DNA of 64,000 nucleotides from Prorocentrum cordatum (taxonomy: Eukaryota): positions 1 to 64,000 of the forward strand of contig CAUYUJ010000191.1 of NCBI GenBank assembly GCA_963575745.1, read 5' to 3'. Numbering within the stretch: position 1 is the stretch's first letter; the number at the start of each line of letters is the position of its first letter. Of the stretch, positions 1-11,135 are shown piece after piece. The translations under genes were made by a program, and so were the position numbers. The notes beneath the pieces were generated by a model. The model was not told the origin of the DNA. It saw only the letters and a list, made by a program, of their open reading frames with translations, and did no database searches.

Positions 1-3000
1 ACGGCCCAAGAGGCCTCCAAGAGCGCCCCAAGACAGCCCAAGAGGGCCCCAAGACGACCCAAGAGACGCTCAAGACGGCCTACGAGGGCCCGAAGACAGG
101 CCCAAGAGGGGGCCAAGAGGGGGACCAAGGACCGAAAATCCGAGCCTTCCGCCCCAAGAGGGCGCCAGGAGGCCCAAACATGCCCCCAAGAGGCCCCAAG
201 GGGCCGCCAAGAATCCCCCGAAGAGGCCCCAGGAGGCTCCCAAGGAGCCCAAACGAGGCCCCTACAGAGGCCCCAACAGCTTCCAAAATGGCCCCGAAGA
301 GGCCTCGAGCCCGCCTCCGAGCTTCCTCGCCGCGAGGGTGCCAACATGGCCCCAGACCGGCCCAGGACGGCCCAAGGCGCGCTCAAGACGGCCCAAGACG
401 ATTCCAAGACGGTCCCAGGAGGGTGCGCCCATGACGGCCCAAGGACGCGCCCGTTCGGGGCCTCAAGACGGGCCAAGATGGCAAGAGAGTCCCAGCTGGC
501 AAAAATCGTTAATTTTCCATTGTTTACTGTTACACCCATTGCGTTTCCCGCCGTTTCGGCGGTCCGATGCACCAAGAGGCCCCAGAAAGTCCCAGGAGGG
601 TCCGAGGAACCGCCCAGGAAGGCCCCAAGACGGGCCAAGACGGACCCAGCACAACCCAAGGCGCGCTGCGACGGCTCAAGACGGCTCCAAGACAGCCCCA
701 AAAGGGTGCCAACACGGCCCCTGCTGGCCCAGGACGGCCCAAGGAGGCGCACAGGAGGGTCCCAAGACGACTCCAAGGCGGGCCCCTCACGGTCCCAGAC
801 GGCTCCACGACAGCCCCACGAGGACCCCGATGGGCCCAGGACGGCCTACGGACGGCCCATGAGGGGCCCACGACGAACCAAGACGGCCCCATCACGGCAC
901 ACGGTGCCCTCAAGACGGGCCTGGACGGCTCCAAGACGGCCCTTTGAGGGAGCCAACGCGGCCCCATACCCTTCGGGCGCACACTTGGGGGGGCTGGGAG
1001 CTTGCGACAAGTCTCCCACATTCATTGTCCTGCCCCATTCTGTTCGCCTGGAGGCCTCCTCCAACCCTGTGGGCGAACATGAGGAATCCCAGCGGGACGC
1101 CAACCCTGGGGCCCGTGGGCCCCGCGCCGCTTGGGCAGGAGACGAACGCCGGGTCTGACAGGCCAGCTACCGCCCCCCTTTGCCCGATATGCTGTGCCAT
1201 TCTGTTCCCCCAGGGGCCTTGGCAAACTCTTCGGGCCAAGCAGACCGGGCCCCTGGGACAGCAGCCAATTGATATGACCCTGGGACCTCTCCGCATTCTT
1301 CGGACGAGCATCTGGAGGGCCCAGGAGATTCGGACATGTCTTCCCCATTCCTTGCCCTGTCCCGTTCTGTTCGCCCGAATGCCTCCACAGACCCTCTGGG
1401 CGAACAGAATGGGACATGGCGAACAAACCCTCCCGTTGGCGGTGATGCGACTGGATCGCACCATCAAGGCGCGCCCAGAGGTGATGGCCGACCCAACAGC
1501 GGTTTCTCTTAAGAGTTCACTGGATTTCAAATTTTCTTGAAGCTCTCTTGGGCCCTCCCTGTAGATCCTTGCGAGCCTCCCCGGCGCTTTCGGTGGCTTT
1601 CCCCGATGGCCTCCCGAGCCCTTCCGCGAGCGCTCCTGAGACGCCTCAGATGGGATTCGACTTCGACGCACATCCCCGAGAGACTTCGAAACTGTCCTCA
1701 ATAGGAGGGGGGTGAACGAGCAGTGCGCTGGGCCAAGCTGCTCCAGCGCTGCAAGAGCTCGGACACGAAGGCGCGGTCTCGCTGCCGCCGCCCGAGCCGC
1801 CGCCGTGTTTGTAGATTTTCGGTACAATCTGCGCCGTTCCTCCGAGAACCATTCCAGAAAGATGTCGTGGACGGAGTCCACGGGTCAGCCCTAGTCTCTA
1901 CTACATTGCAGGGCCCAGTGCGTGCCAGAAGGGCGCAGGCTCCAATGGGTCAAAACCGCCCCGGGCTGGCCCCGGGCCGCCCCGGTCCGCCCAGGCAGGC
2001 TCCAGGACATGTCGGGAGGGCCCCCAGAAGCCCCCAAGACGGCCCCGGAGAGCCCCGGCACGCTTAAAGATGGCCCAAGACGCCCGAGATTCGCCCCAGG
2101 CGGCCCAAGAGGCGTCCAAGACGCCCGAAGAGGCCTCCCAAGAGGCCTCCCAAGAGGGCCCCGAGCGACAGAAATAGTAGATTTCTACTGTGTTTTTCGA
2201 TGTTTTCGGCCTCCTCGCCTCGTCGGCTTCCCGACGCTCCAAGACGGCCCAAGAAGCCCCCCCGACCACTCCAAGACGGCCGAAGAGGACCCCAAGATAG
2301 CCCCAAGACGGGCCAGGAGGGCCCCCAGACGGTCCCAAGACGCCCCAGGACGGCCCCCGGACGGCCCAGGAGTCCCCCAAGACGGCCCAAGAGGCACCCA
2401 AGACGGCCCCAGGAGCGGCCCAAGACGGCCCAAGACAGCCCAAGAGCGCCCAAGACGACCGAGATTCGCCCCAGGAGGCCCTCGAGGCGTCCAAGACGCC
2501 CGAAGAGGCCTCCCAAGAGGGCCCCGAGCGACAGAAATCGTCGATTTCTATTGTGTTTTTCTATGTTTTCGGCCTCCTCGCCTCTTCGGCTTCCCGACGC
2601 TCCAAGACGGCCCAAGAAGTCCCCCCGACCGCTCCAAGACGGCCGAAGAGGACCCCAAGAGAGCCCCAAGACGGGCCAAGAGGGCCCCAAGACGGTCCCA
2701 AGACGCCCCAGGACGGCCCCAGGACGGCCCAGGAGGCGCCCCAGACGGCCCAAGAGGCACCCAAGAAGGCCCCAGGAGCGGCCCAAGACGGCCCAAGACA
2801 GCCCAAGAGGCGCCGAGGCGGGCCTCAGACGGCCCCAAGACGGCCCAAGAGGCACCCAAGACGGCCCGAGAGGGCCCTAAGAGCCCCCCGGGAGGCCCAA
2901 ACGAAGGCCGAAGAGGCTCCGAAACGGCCCCCACAAAGCCTTCAGTGCCTTCAGAATTCCCTCCAGGAGCGGGGGAGCGGACGAGAGGCGACAGGCATAT

Positions 3001-5826
3001 CGCAGGCAAAAACGCCCCAAGAGATCCCCAAACGGCCCCCACGAAGCCCTAAGTGGCTTCAGAATTGCTTCCAGGAGGGGTGGAGCGGACGAGAGGCGAC
3101 CGGTATATCGAAGGCACAAAAGAACAATGTTGGACGCTCCGAGGGCCTTCGATGTTTCTCCGTTGGGGAGAGTCGTCGTAGGATCGACGATTGCCGACCG
3201 AGGGCAGCGAATCCAGTGGAGGCCCAAGAGGCCCGCAGGAGCCCAAAAGAGATCCCCAAGAGGTGCCACGGGGCTTAAAAACTGCTTCGAAGCGAGGGGG
3301 CGGACGAGGGGACCGCCTCAGGAGGTTTTGGACGGTTTTGGGCCTCAAAATCGTCCGCTTTACGACGGTTTTGGAAGGATTTTGGCCTTCTCGCCTTTTC
3401 CGCTTTCCGACGCTCGAAGACGGCCCAAGAGGCCTCCAAGAGCGCCCCAGAACGGCCCAAGAGGTTTCCAAGAGCGCCCCAAGACAGCCCAAGAGGGCCC
3501 CAAGACGACCCAAGAGACGCTCAAGACGGCCCACGAGGGCCCGAAGACAGGCCCAAGAGGGGGCCAAGAGGGGGACCACGGACCGAAAATCCGAGCCTTC
3601 CGCCCCAAGAGGGCGCCAGGAGGCCCAAACAGGCCCCCAAGAGGCCCCAAGGGGCCGCCAAGAATCCCCCGAAGAGGCCCCAGGAGGCTCCCAAGGAGCC
3701 CAAACGAGGCCCCAACAGAGGCCCCAACAGCTTCCAAAATGGCCCCAAGAGGCCTCGAGCCCGCCTCCGAGCTTCCTCGCCGCGAGGGTGCCAACACGGC
3801 CCCAGACCGGCCCAGGACGGCCCAAGGCGCGCTCAAGACGGCCCAAGACGATTCCAAGACGGTCCCAGGAGGGTGCGCCCAGGACGGCCCAAGGACGCGC
3901 CCGTTCGGGGCCTCAAGACGGGCCAAGATGGCAAGAGAGTCCCAGCTGGCAAAAATCGTTAATTTTCCATTGTTTACTGTTACACCCTTTGCGTTTCCCG
4001 CCGTTTCGGCGGTCCGATGCACCAAGAGGCCCCAGAAAGTCCCAGGAGGGTCCGAGGAACCGCCCAGGAAGGCCCCAAGACGGGCCAAGACGGACCCAGC
4101 ACAACCCAAGGCGCGCTGCGACGGCTCAAGACGGCTCCAAGACAGCCCCAAGAGGGTGCCAACACGGCCCCTGCTGGGCCCAGGACGGCCCAAGGAGGCG
4201 CACAGGAGGGGCCCAAGACGACTCCAAGGCGGCCTCCTCACGGTCCCAGACGGCTCCAAGACAGCCCCACGAGGACCCCGATGGGCCCAGGACGGCCTAC
4301 GGACGCGCCCATGAGGGGCCCACGACGAACCAAGACGGCCCCATCAGGGCAAACGGCGCCCTCAAGACGGGCCTAGACGGCTCCAAGACGGCCCTTTGAG
4401 GGAGCCAACGCGGCCCCACACCCTTCGGGCGCACACTTGGGGGGGCTGGGAGCTTGCGACAAGTCTCCCACATTCATTGTCCTGCCCCATTCTGTTCGCC
4501 TGGAGGCCTCCTCCAACCCTGTGGGCGAACAAGAGGAATCCCAGCGGGACGCCAACCCTGGGCCCGTGGGCCCCGCGCCGCTTGGGCAGAAGACGAACGC
4601 CGGGTCTGACAGGCCAGCTACCGCCCCCCTTTGCCCGATATGCTGTGCCATTCTGTTCCCCCAGGGGCCTTGGCAAACTCTTCGGGCCAAGCAGACCGGA
4701 CCCCTGGGACAGCAGCCAATTGATATGACCCTGGGACCTCTCCGCATTCTTCGGACGAGCATCTGGGGGGCCCAGGAGATTCGGACATGTCTTCCCCATT
4801 CCTTGCCCTGTCCCGTTCTGTTCGCCCGAAGGCCTCCACAGACCCTCTGGGCGAACAGAATGGGACATGGCGAACAAACCCTCCCGTTGGCGGTGATGCG
4901 ACTGGATCGCACCATCAAGGCGCGCCCGGAGGTGATGGCCGACCCAACAGCGGTTTCTCTTAAGAGTTCACTGGATTTCAAATTTTCTTGAAGCTCTCTT
5001 GGGCCCTCCCTGTAGATCCTTGCGAGCCTCCCCGGCGCTTTCGGTGGCTTTCCCCGATGGCCTCCCGAGCCCTTCCCCGAGCGCTCCTGAGACGCCTCAG
5101 ATGGGCTTCGACTTCGACGCACATCCCCGAGAGACTTCGAAACTGTCCTCAATAGGAGGGGGGTGAACGAGCAGTGCGCTGGGCCAAGCTGCTGGAGCGC
5201 TGCAAGAGCTCGGACACGAAGGCGCGGTCTCGCTGCCGCCGCCCGAGCCGCCGCCGTGTTTGTAGATTTTCGGTGCAATCTGCGCCGTTCCTCCGAGAAC
5301 CAATCCAGAAAGATGTCGTGGACGGAGTCCACGGGTCAGCCTTATAGTCTCTACTACATTGCAGGGGCACGTGCGTGCGGGAAGGGCGCAGGCTCAAATG
5401 TCTCAAAACCGCCCCGGGCTGGCCCCGGGCCGCCCCGGGCCGCCCAGGCAGGCTCCAGGACACGTCGAGAGGGCCCCCAGAAGCCCCCAAGACGGCCCCG
5501 GAGAGCCCCGGCACGCTTAAAGATGGGCCCAAGACGCCCGAGATTCGCCCCAGGCGGCCCAAGAGGCGTCCAAGACGCCCGAAGAGGCCTCCCAAGAGGC
5601 CTCCCAAGAGGGCCCCGAGCGACAGAAATAGTAGATTTCTACTGTGTTTTTCGATGTTTTCGGCCTCCTCGCCTCGTCGGCTTCCCGACGCTCCAAGACG
5701 GCCCAAGAATCCCCCCCGACCGCTCCAAGACGGCCGAAGAGGACCCCAAGAGAGCCCCAAGACGGGCCAGGAGGGCCCCCAGACAGTCCCAAGACGCCCC
5801 AGGACGGCCCCCGGACGGCCCAGGAG
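1..5826. repeat. ~3.45-kb tandem duplication built from CCAAGA/GGCCC-rich degenerate short repeats plus a unique core
   Basis: CCAAGAGCGCCCCAAGACAGCCC occurs at 17 and 3468 (offset 3451). The core at ~940-1890 recurs at ~4390-5340. The second copy is truncated near 5826. Confidence 0.92.
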
Positions 5827-5929
5827 ACGAGCCGCCGCCGTGTTTGTAGATTTTCGGTACAATCTGCGCCGTTCCTCCGAGAACCATTCCAGAAAGATGT
5901 CGTGGACGGAGTCCACGGGTCAGCCCTAG

Positions 5930-6034
5930 TCAGCTACAGCGCTGGGGTCAGCGCGTGCGCGAAGGGCGGGCAGTGGCAGCCAGCGCTGGCGCTGCTGAGC
6001 GAGATGGGTAAGGCGAAGCTGGAGCCCGACGTCA
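5930..6034 (+). pseudogene. Single pentatricopeptide repeat (PPR) module, exactly 105 nt
   Basis: Translates as SYSAGVSACAKGGQWQPALALLSEMGKAKLEPDV(I), matching the PPR consensus. Preceded by AG at 5928-5929. No flanking coding context. Confidence 0.8.
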
Positions 6035-6179
6035 TTTGTGCCACAATTTTGGCTGAAGCGCGTGCGAGAAGGTCTTTTGTTCGAAGACCCGCCCTGGGGT
6101 GCCTCGAGAGCCCGCGGGGCATGCGAAAAACACATCTGGGACGCCAAACCACACCCTTGGGCGCCTCCAGGACGCCCCC

Positions 6180-6660
6180 CGACAGCTCTGGAAAGCCCCT
6201 GGGCCGCTCGTCGACGGCTCCTGGGCCCGCAGCGCGGCTCCCCCGAGCCCCGACACCTCCAAAAGGCCCCTGGGCCGCTCGCCGACGGCTTCCTCGCCCC
6301 CAGCTCTGCCCAAGACGGGCCCCCAGACGGCTTCCCGCAAGCCCCAAACCAAACCCCACACCCCACACCGAGCCCCCGACACCTCCAGAAAAGGCCCCTG
6401 GGCCGCTCGCCGACGGCTCCCTCGCCCCCAGCTCGGTCCAAGACGGCCTCCCAGATAGCCTTACGCACGCCTCCCGACGGCCCCAGGTCCCTGGGCGCTC
6501 GCCGACGGCTCCACAACATGCGCATCGCCCCGAGACGGCTTCACGCAAGCCCCAAACCAAGCCGCATACGCAACACAGAGCCCTCTCGCCCCCCGACGGC
6601 CTCCCAGATGACCTCCAGGACGCCCACCAACGGCTCCAGAAGGAACCTTCCATGACGCCA
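6180..6660. repeat. Degenerate minisatellite with GCCCCTGGGCCGCTCGCCGACGGCT core
   Basis: Core recurs near 6195, 6266, 6394 and 6489 with irregular spacing. Confidence 0.7.
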
Positions 6661-7109
6661 GAAGTTGCTCAACTCCATCCCAGGCCCTGGAGCATTCTGA
6701 ACTTCCCCAGACCCTCTCGGGAGCTTCTTGTCGACCCCAGCAGCGGCCGCGGCATACCTTCACGGTTTCAGATACTGTTGTTACCCAGGCCTCGTAGTGT
6801 TGGTGACACGGGGGGGGCCTTTCTCAACCGCCTCGTGTCGCTCCACAGCCGCACCACGCTCCAAACCCCGCCCTGGCGCCCAGACCACTCCGACCACTCT
6901 AACCTGCCGCACGCACCACCTGGAGCCCTAGACCATTCCAAGCTGCCTCAGGCCCTCTCAAGCGCCTCCTGTCGTACCCCAGGCGCACCATGCCCCAGAC
7001 CCCAGCCCAGACCCTGGACCACTCTGAGCTCCCCCTGCCCTCCTCTAGAGCCTCACGCGCGGGTTCCGGACCTCTGAGCCCTCGGAGCTCTTGCCGGGGG
7101 CCCCCAAAC

Positions 7110-7310
7110 GGTGTGGTGACCACACCGTGCGGTGAGTCGGTAGGGATTCGGGGCCACCGCACGGTTTTGGGACTCGGGCCGTTCTCCGAGGTCGGCTCGG
7201 GCGACGGGGGCCTCCAGGGTCCCAAGGCCGTGCGGTCTCGGACCGTGCGGTGAGGCCTTGGGGGATCTCGAGGTCACATCGCACGGTCCGTCACCGCACC
7301 TTCTGGGGAC
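7110..7310. repeat. Dispersed repeat with GGTGTGG-TGA-CCACACC palindrome and (A)CCGTGCGGTGA/TCACCGCACGG motifs; second copy near 42696-42840
   Basis: GGTGTGGTGACCACACCGTGCGG.GAGTCGGT.GGGATTCGGGG.CACCGCACGGT.TTGGGACTCGGG is shared between 7110 and 42696. Confidence 0.8.
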
Positions 7311-7496
7311 TCCAAGAGTCTCGAAGACCCACAGCTTCGCGAAGCTTCCCAGGTCCGACGGGCTGTCCTGCGGCGGCTCCGTCGCGCCTGCCTTGGATGT
7401 ATGCGCTCCGCGGGCCGCCCGGCGAGTTTGCCAGGGCGCCCGGCCCCAGAGCGAAGATCCCTCAGACCTTCACCCCAGGCGCCCAGGCTTATGTCG

Positions 7497-7658
7497 GGCG
7501 TGTCCCCCTACAGGGGGAGCTTCGACGAAAAATAAGCAATACCCCCAAAAATACCCCAAGAAGGTCAAAACATAGTAAAAAATAATCCGCAGTTTGGACT
7601 TTTTTTGGATTCTTTTTTGGGTATTTTTTATGTTTCGTCCCTGCAGGGGGACAGGCCT
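7497..7658. mobile_element. MITE-like AT-rich inverted-repeat element; related copy at ~8478-8630
   Basis: Termini TGTCCCCCTACAGG ... CCTGCAGGGGGACA are imperfectly complementary, with an A-rich left half and T-rich right half. Confidence 0.55.
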
Positions 7659-8094
7659 GACTTAAACCCAGGCAGGGGTGACAGGGGGCACCTTCCCTGG
7701 GTCCAGAAGCCCCCAAACAAGCCCTGGACCCCACACCATGCCCTCTAGACCGCTCCGACCGGCCCCAGAGCCCCTCAGAAACCGTCGGATCGTGGACCCT
7801 CATCTCCAGTACTGCTCTTCTCCTCCTCCTCCTCCTCCTCCTCCTCCTCCTCCTCCTCCTGCAAGCGGCTGCAGCGAGACTGGACTGCGGGAGGCCTTCG
7901 ATACCACAAGAACCCTCCAGGGACCACCCCGAGATAGTCCAGACCCTCCAAGGACACTCGAAGACAGTCACCAGCCCTGGAGCCTGGAGCTTGCAGCAAA
8001 GCATTGAGCAAACCCGCAGGCGTCGGGAACACATGGGCGTTCGGGACCAATACATTGACTTGCCAGCCGTGAAATCTCTACGGGTTCACACTAG

Positions 8095-8304
8095 TCAGCT
8101 ACATCGCTGGGATCAGCGCGTGCGAGAAGGGCGAGCAGTGGCATTGGGCTCTGGCGCTGCTCGGCGAGATGTGGGGGGCGAAGTTGGAGCCCAACGTCAT
8201 CTGCTACCAAGCTGGGATCAGCGCGTGCAGAAACAGCGAGCAGTGGCAGCGTGTTCTGGCGCTGCTCAGCGAGATGTGCGAGGTGGAGTTGGAGCCTGAC
8301 ACCA
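8095..8304 (+). pseudogene. Two tandem PPR modules (2 x 105 nt) followed by an in-frame stop
   Basis: SYIAGISACEKGEQWHWALALLGEMWGAKLEPNVI-CYQAGISACRNSEQWQRVLALLSEMCEVELEPDTI, then TGA-TAC-AGC (start of a third unit carrying a stop). Confidence 0.85.
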
Positions 8305-9159
8305 TCTGATACAGCCGAAACCGAGAATAGGGATGGGCAGCCTTCCCACAGGTACCCTTGCATCCTGGCCTCTTCGGTCTATCCTGAACCGCTTTCGATG
8401 GCCAGCCCCGCTCAGAAGGCTTCGACACTGGCAGCCAAGGGTCTTGTATCCCTGTCGCGCATCCTAACTATTATGTGGGGCCTGTCCCTCTACCGGAGGA
8501 ATATAAAAAATGGTCAACAGATAATCTGGGGACGATTTTTTGTTTGCTATTTTTGCCAATTTGGGGGATATTTTCTGACTATCTTTTGTTTCTCGCCCAA
8601 AAGATCCCCCTGTATGGGGACACGCCCGGCTTAGCCTTACTACCAGTTTTGACCCTACGCAGCGCTGGGGGTCGTGCGTGCGAGATTGGCATCCGTGTGC
8701 TGCCGGCTCCGCTCGGGCCGCGCCGCCGATCTGGGCGCTCCGAAGGTCGCCAGGCGGCTCCGGGTCGGCGTCAGGGACCCTGGGATTGCGCTCGAGAGGC
8801 CCCGCGAGGCCCCACGAGGCGAGCGTGAGGTCCCAAGAGAGGCCAGCAGGAAGCCCCAAGACAGGCCCCGGGCAGCAAATATACTTGAGCACCGCCGGGC
8901 TTTCCGCTGTTTGTGGCGTCCCGGCCCTTTCGGCTCGAGATCGCCTCAGGAGGTCCTCGCACGGCCTCGGAGTGCCCCAAGAAGCCTCCAAGACAGCCCA
9001 CGACTTCCTTCAGAGAGTCCCAAGAGAGGGCCCCAGATTGTCCAACAGAACTTTCTTCTCGACGGCCCAAGATGTCTCCAAGAGAGCTTCGAGACAGACC
9101 CTCCCCCTCAAATGCTGACACTAGCGCCCAACAGAGCCCCAGCACTGCCCTCAGATCCA

Positions 9160-9600
9160 GCAGCTGCAAAGCCAGCAGCAGCCATGCACAGCCGGCAGCA
9201 GCGAGCAGCAGCCAGCAGCAGCCAGCTGCAGTAATCAACAGCAGACAGAACTGGGAGCAGCCCGCAGCAGCAAGCAGCAGCAAACTGCAGCAGATTACGA
9301 GCGCATCACGCATGGACAGCAGCAGCAACCGACAGCAAGCAGCAGCGCCACGCCGTGGGAAGCATCAGCAAGCACCAGCAAACGGCCGGTAGTAGCAGCA
9401 ACATGCAGCACGTATCAGCAAACAGCACGAAGCGTCAGCAAGCGACAGCGAACGGTCTAGCAACTAATGGCGCATGTCAAGACATCAGACAAGCATACCG
9501 GCACGCAAGACATCAAGCAGGAGAGACATTTATCAGTCCAGCATTCCAGCAGCCACACAAGCAGGACAGCATGCCGGCAAGCAAGCAAGCGATCCTCACA
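9160..9600. repeat. CAG/AGC-rich low-complexity tract
   Basis: Degenerate (CAG)n/(GCAA)n sequence. Confidence 0.7.
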
Positions 9601-9650
9601 TTCGCATGCGAGCAAGCTTTCGCGCACGCACGTCCCTGGGTCAGCCCCAG

Positions 9651-9730
9651 TCATCTACAGCGCGGCTTTGAGCGCGTGCAAGAAGGGCGAACAATGGCAG
9701 CGTGCTGTGGCGGTGCTACTGAAGTTTTAG
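9651..9730 (+). pseudogene. Truncated PPR module
   Basis: IYSAALSACKKGEQWQRAVAVLLKF-stop, starting directly after CCCCAG. Confidence 0.75.
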
Positions 9731-10728
9731 CCCAGCGCCATCTTCTGTATTGCCAGATGCAGCGCGGGCCAGAAGAGTGTTATCATGAAGTGGCCCAAGA
9801 TCGTCGGGCCGGCCACAGGGTCGCAGCGGGCGGGCCCTCAGATGGCCCGCTTTACGGCGGGCCCTCAGATGGCCCGCTGTACGGCCTCAAGAGGCCCCCC
9901 ACGACGGCCCAGACGTCACGCGTGAGGGCCCCAGTAGATCCCAAGAGTTATTTTGTTTAAAATGGTCGAAGGGGCCCTGAAGAGGACCAGAGAGCTTAGG
10001 ACTGCCTCTGGGTGGCCCCTGATGGTCCCAGAATTGTCTCAGTGGGCCCATCAAAGCACCCCAGCCATGAATACTTCAGCATTGGATACTTCAGCACCCC
10101 AGCAATGAAATTATCTGGCGAGGACTCAGCCCCCCAAGAGACGCGAAGAGGCCGAGAGGACTCCCAGATGCCAAGATGTTCCCAGCGGGCTCCCAACACC
10201 AATCGGTCGTTGAAAGTAGGTAGTTTTGGATTCCCAGAACCCAATCTACTTCAAGCGCCTTCCTACTCCAAGAATCGATGCGGTTTGGCTGTCGTTTGTT
10301 GTCCTTCTGGCGGGCCCGAACCCAATCTACTTTATCCGCCTCTCTACTCTGTGCTTTTACTTACTTCTTCTTCCGACCGGCGCGTGCGGCTCAGGAGGGC
10401 GCCAGGACGACGCCCCCCGAGACAGCGCGAGAGGGTCCCGTGAGGCCCCATGATGGCCAAGGAAGTCCAGGAGGGCCCCAAGAGGCACCAACGCCAGCCC
10501 GGGAGGATCCTGCTCTCAAGGGAGTCCCAAGACGCTGCAATGGGGGCCTTCCACAATCCCTCTTAAAGGCCCCCCAGGAGGCCCAAAGTCAGCCTGGGAG
10601 ATGGCCGCCAGAGAGCCCCCAGAGGCCCGGAAGGAGGGCTCGTATATATCGTTCCTCCTCTTCACCTCCGCTTGCTCCCTAGCATCCCATGCAGTGAACT
10701 CTTGTTTGCGCGCTACATCCACTAGGAG

Positions 10729-10757
10729 CCGTAGCCATTTCGCCATTTCGGCTCAAG
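10729..10757 (+). promoter_or_regulatory. Relic dinoflagellate spliced leader (DinoSL) with internal 8-nt duplication
   Basis: CCGTAGCCATTTCGCCATTTCGGCTCAAG versus canonical DCCGTAGCCATTTTGGCTCAAG; ends 69 nt upstream of the ATG. Confidence 0.9.
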
Positions 10758-10826
10758 TTCTGGCCCACGCGCAACGACCACAAGGCATCGGCAGCGCCGC
10801 TACTTCCCGAACCCCAAGCAGCAGGG

Positions 10827-11135
10827 ATGGCGCCAATGATGAAGTCCACGGTCATGACCAAGGGCGCCCTCACCGCAGCGCTCGCGGAGGCCTGCGAGGT
10901 GAAGAGGGGCGTGATCAGCACTGCCTTGAGCACTCTCGCGAGCATCGCAACGACAGAGGCGAAGAAGAACGGCAAGTTCGTCATCCCGGGCGTTGTGATG
11001 ATCAAGACCCGCCAGAAGAAGGCGACCAAGGCCGGGAAGCGCGAGATCTTCGGCAAAGTCGTCATGGTGAAGGCGAAACCGGCTAAGACTATCGTCAAGG
11101 CCTTCCCCGCGAAGGCCCTCAAGGACGAGTTCTGA
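10827..11135 (+). CDS. Dinoflagellate histone-like protein (HCc / HLP, major basic nuclear protein; bacterial HU-related), 102 aa, intronless
   Basis: MTKGALTAALAEACEVKR...GKFVIPGVVMIKTRQKKATKAGKREIFGKVVMVKAKPAKTIVKAFPAKALKDEF matches the HCc family pattern I recall. GC-rich third codon positions, intact start and stop. Confidence 0.95.
   Translation: MAPMMKSTVMTKGALTAALAEACEVKRGVISTALSTLASIATTEAKKNGKFVIPGVVMIKTRQKKATKAGKREIFGKVVMVKAKPAKTIVKAFPAKALKDEF

Noticed and set aside
1418..1490. GEQTLPLAVMRLDRTIKARPEVM as a possible PPR remnant
   Set aside because: Similarity is too weak, and the GEQ codons come from the adjacent hairpin-arm sequence.
1..5826. Many 200-400 aa Pro/Arg/Gly-rich ORFs on both strands
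   Set aside because: They overlap in all frames and arise from stop-poor CCAAGA repeats; no domain is recognisable.
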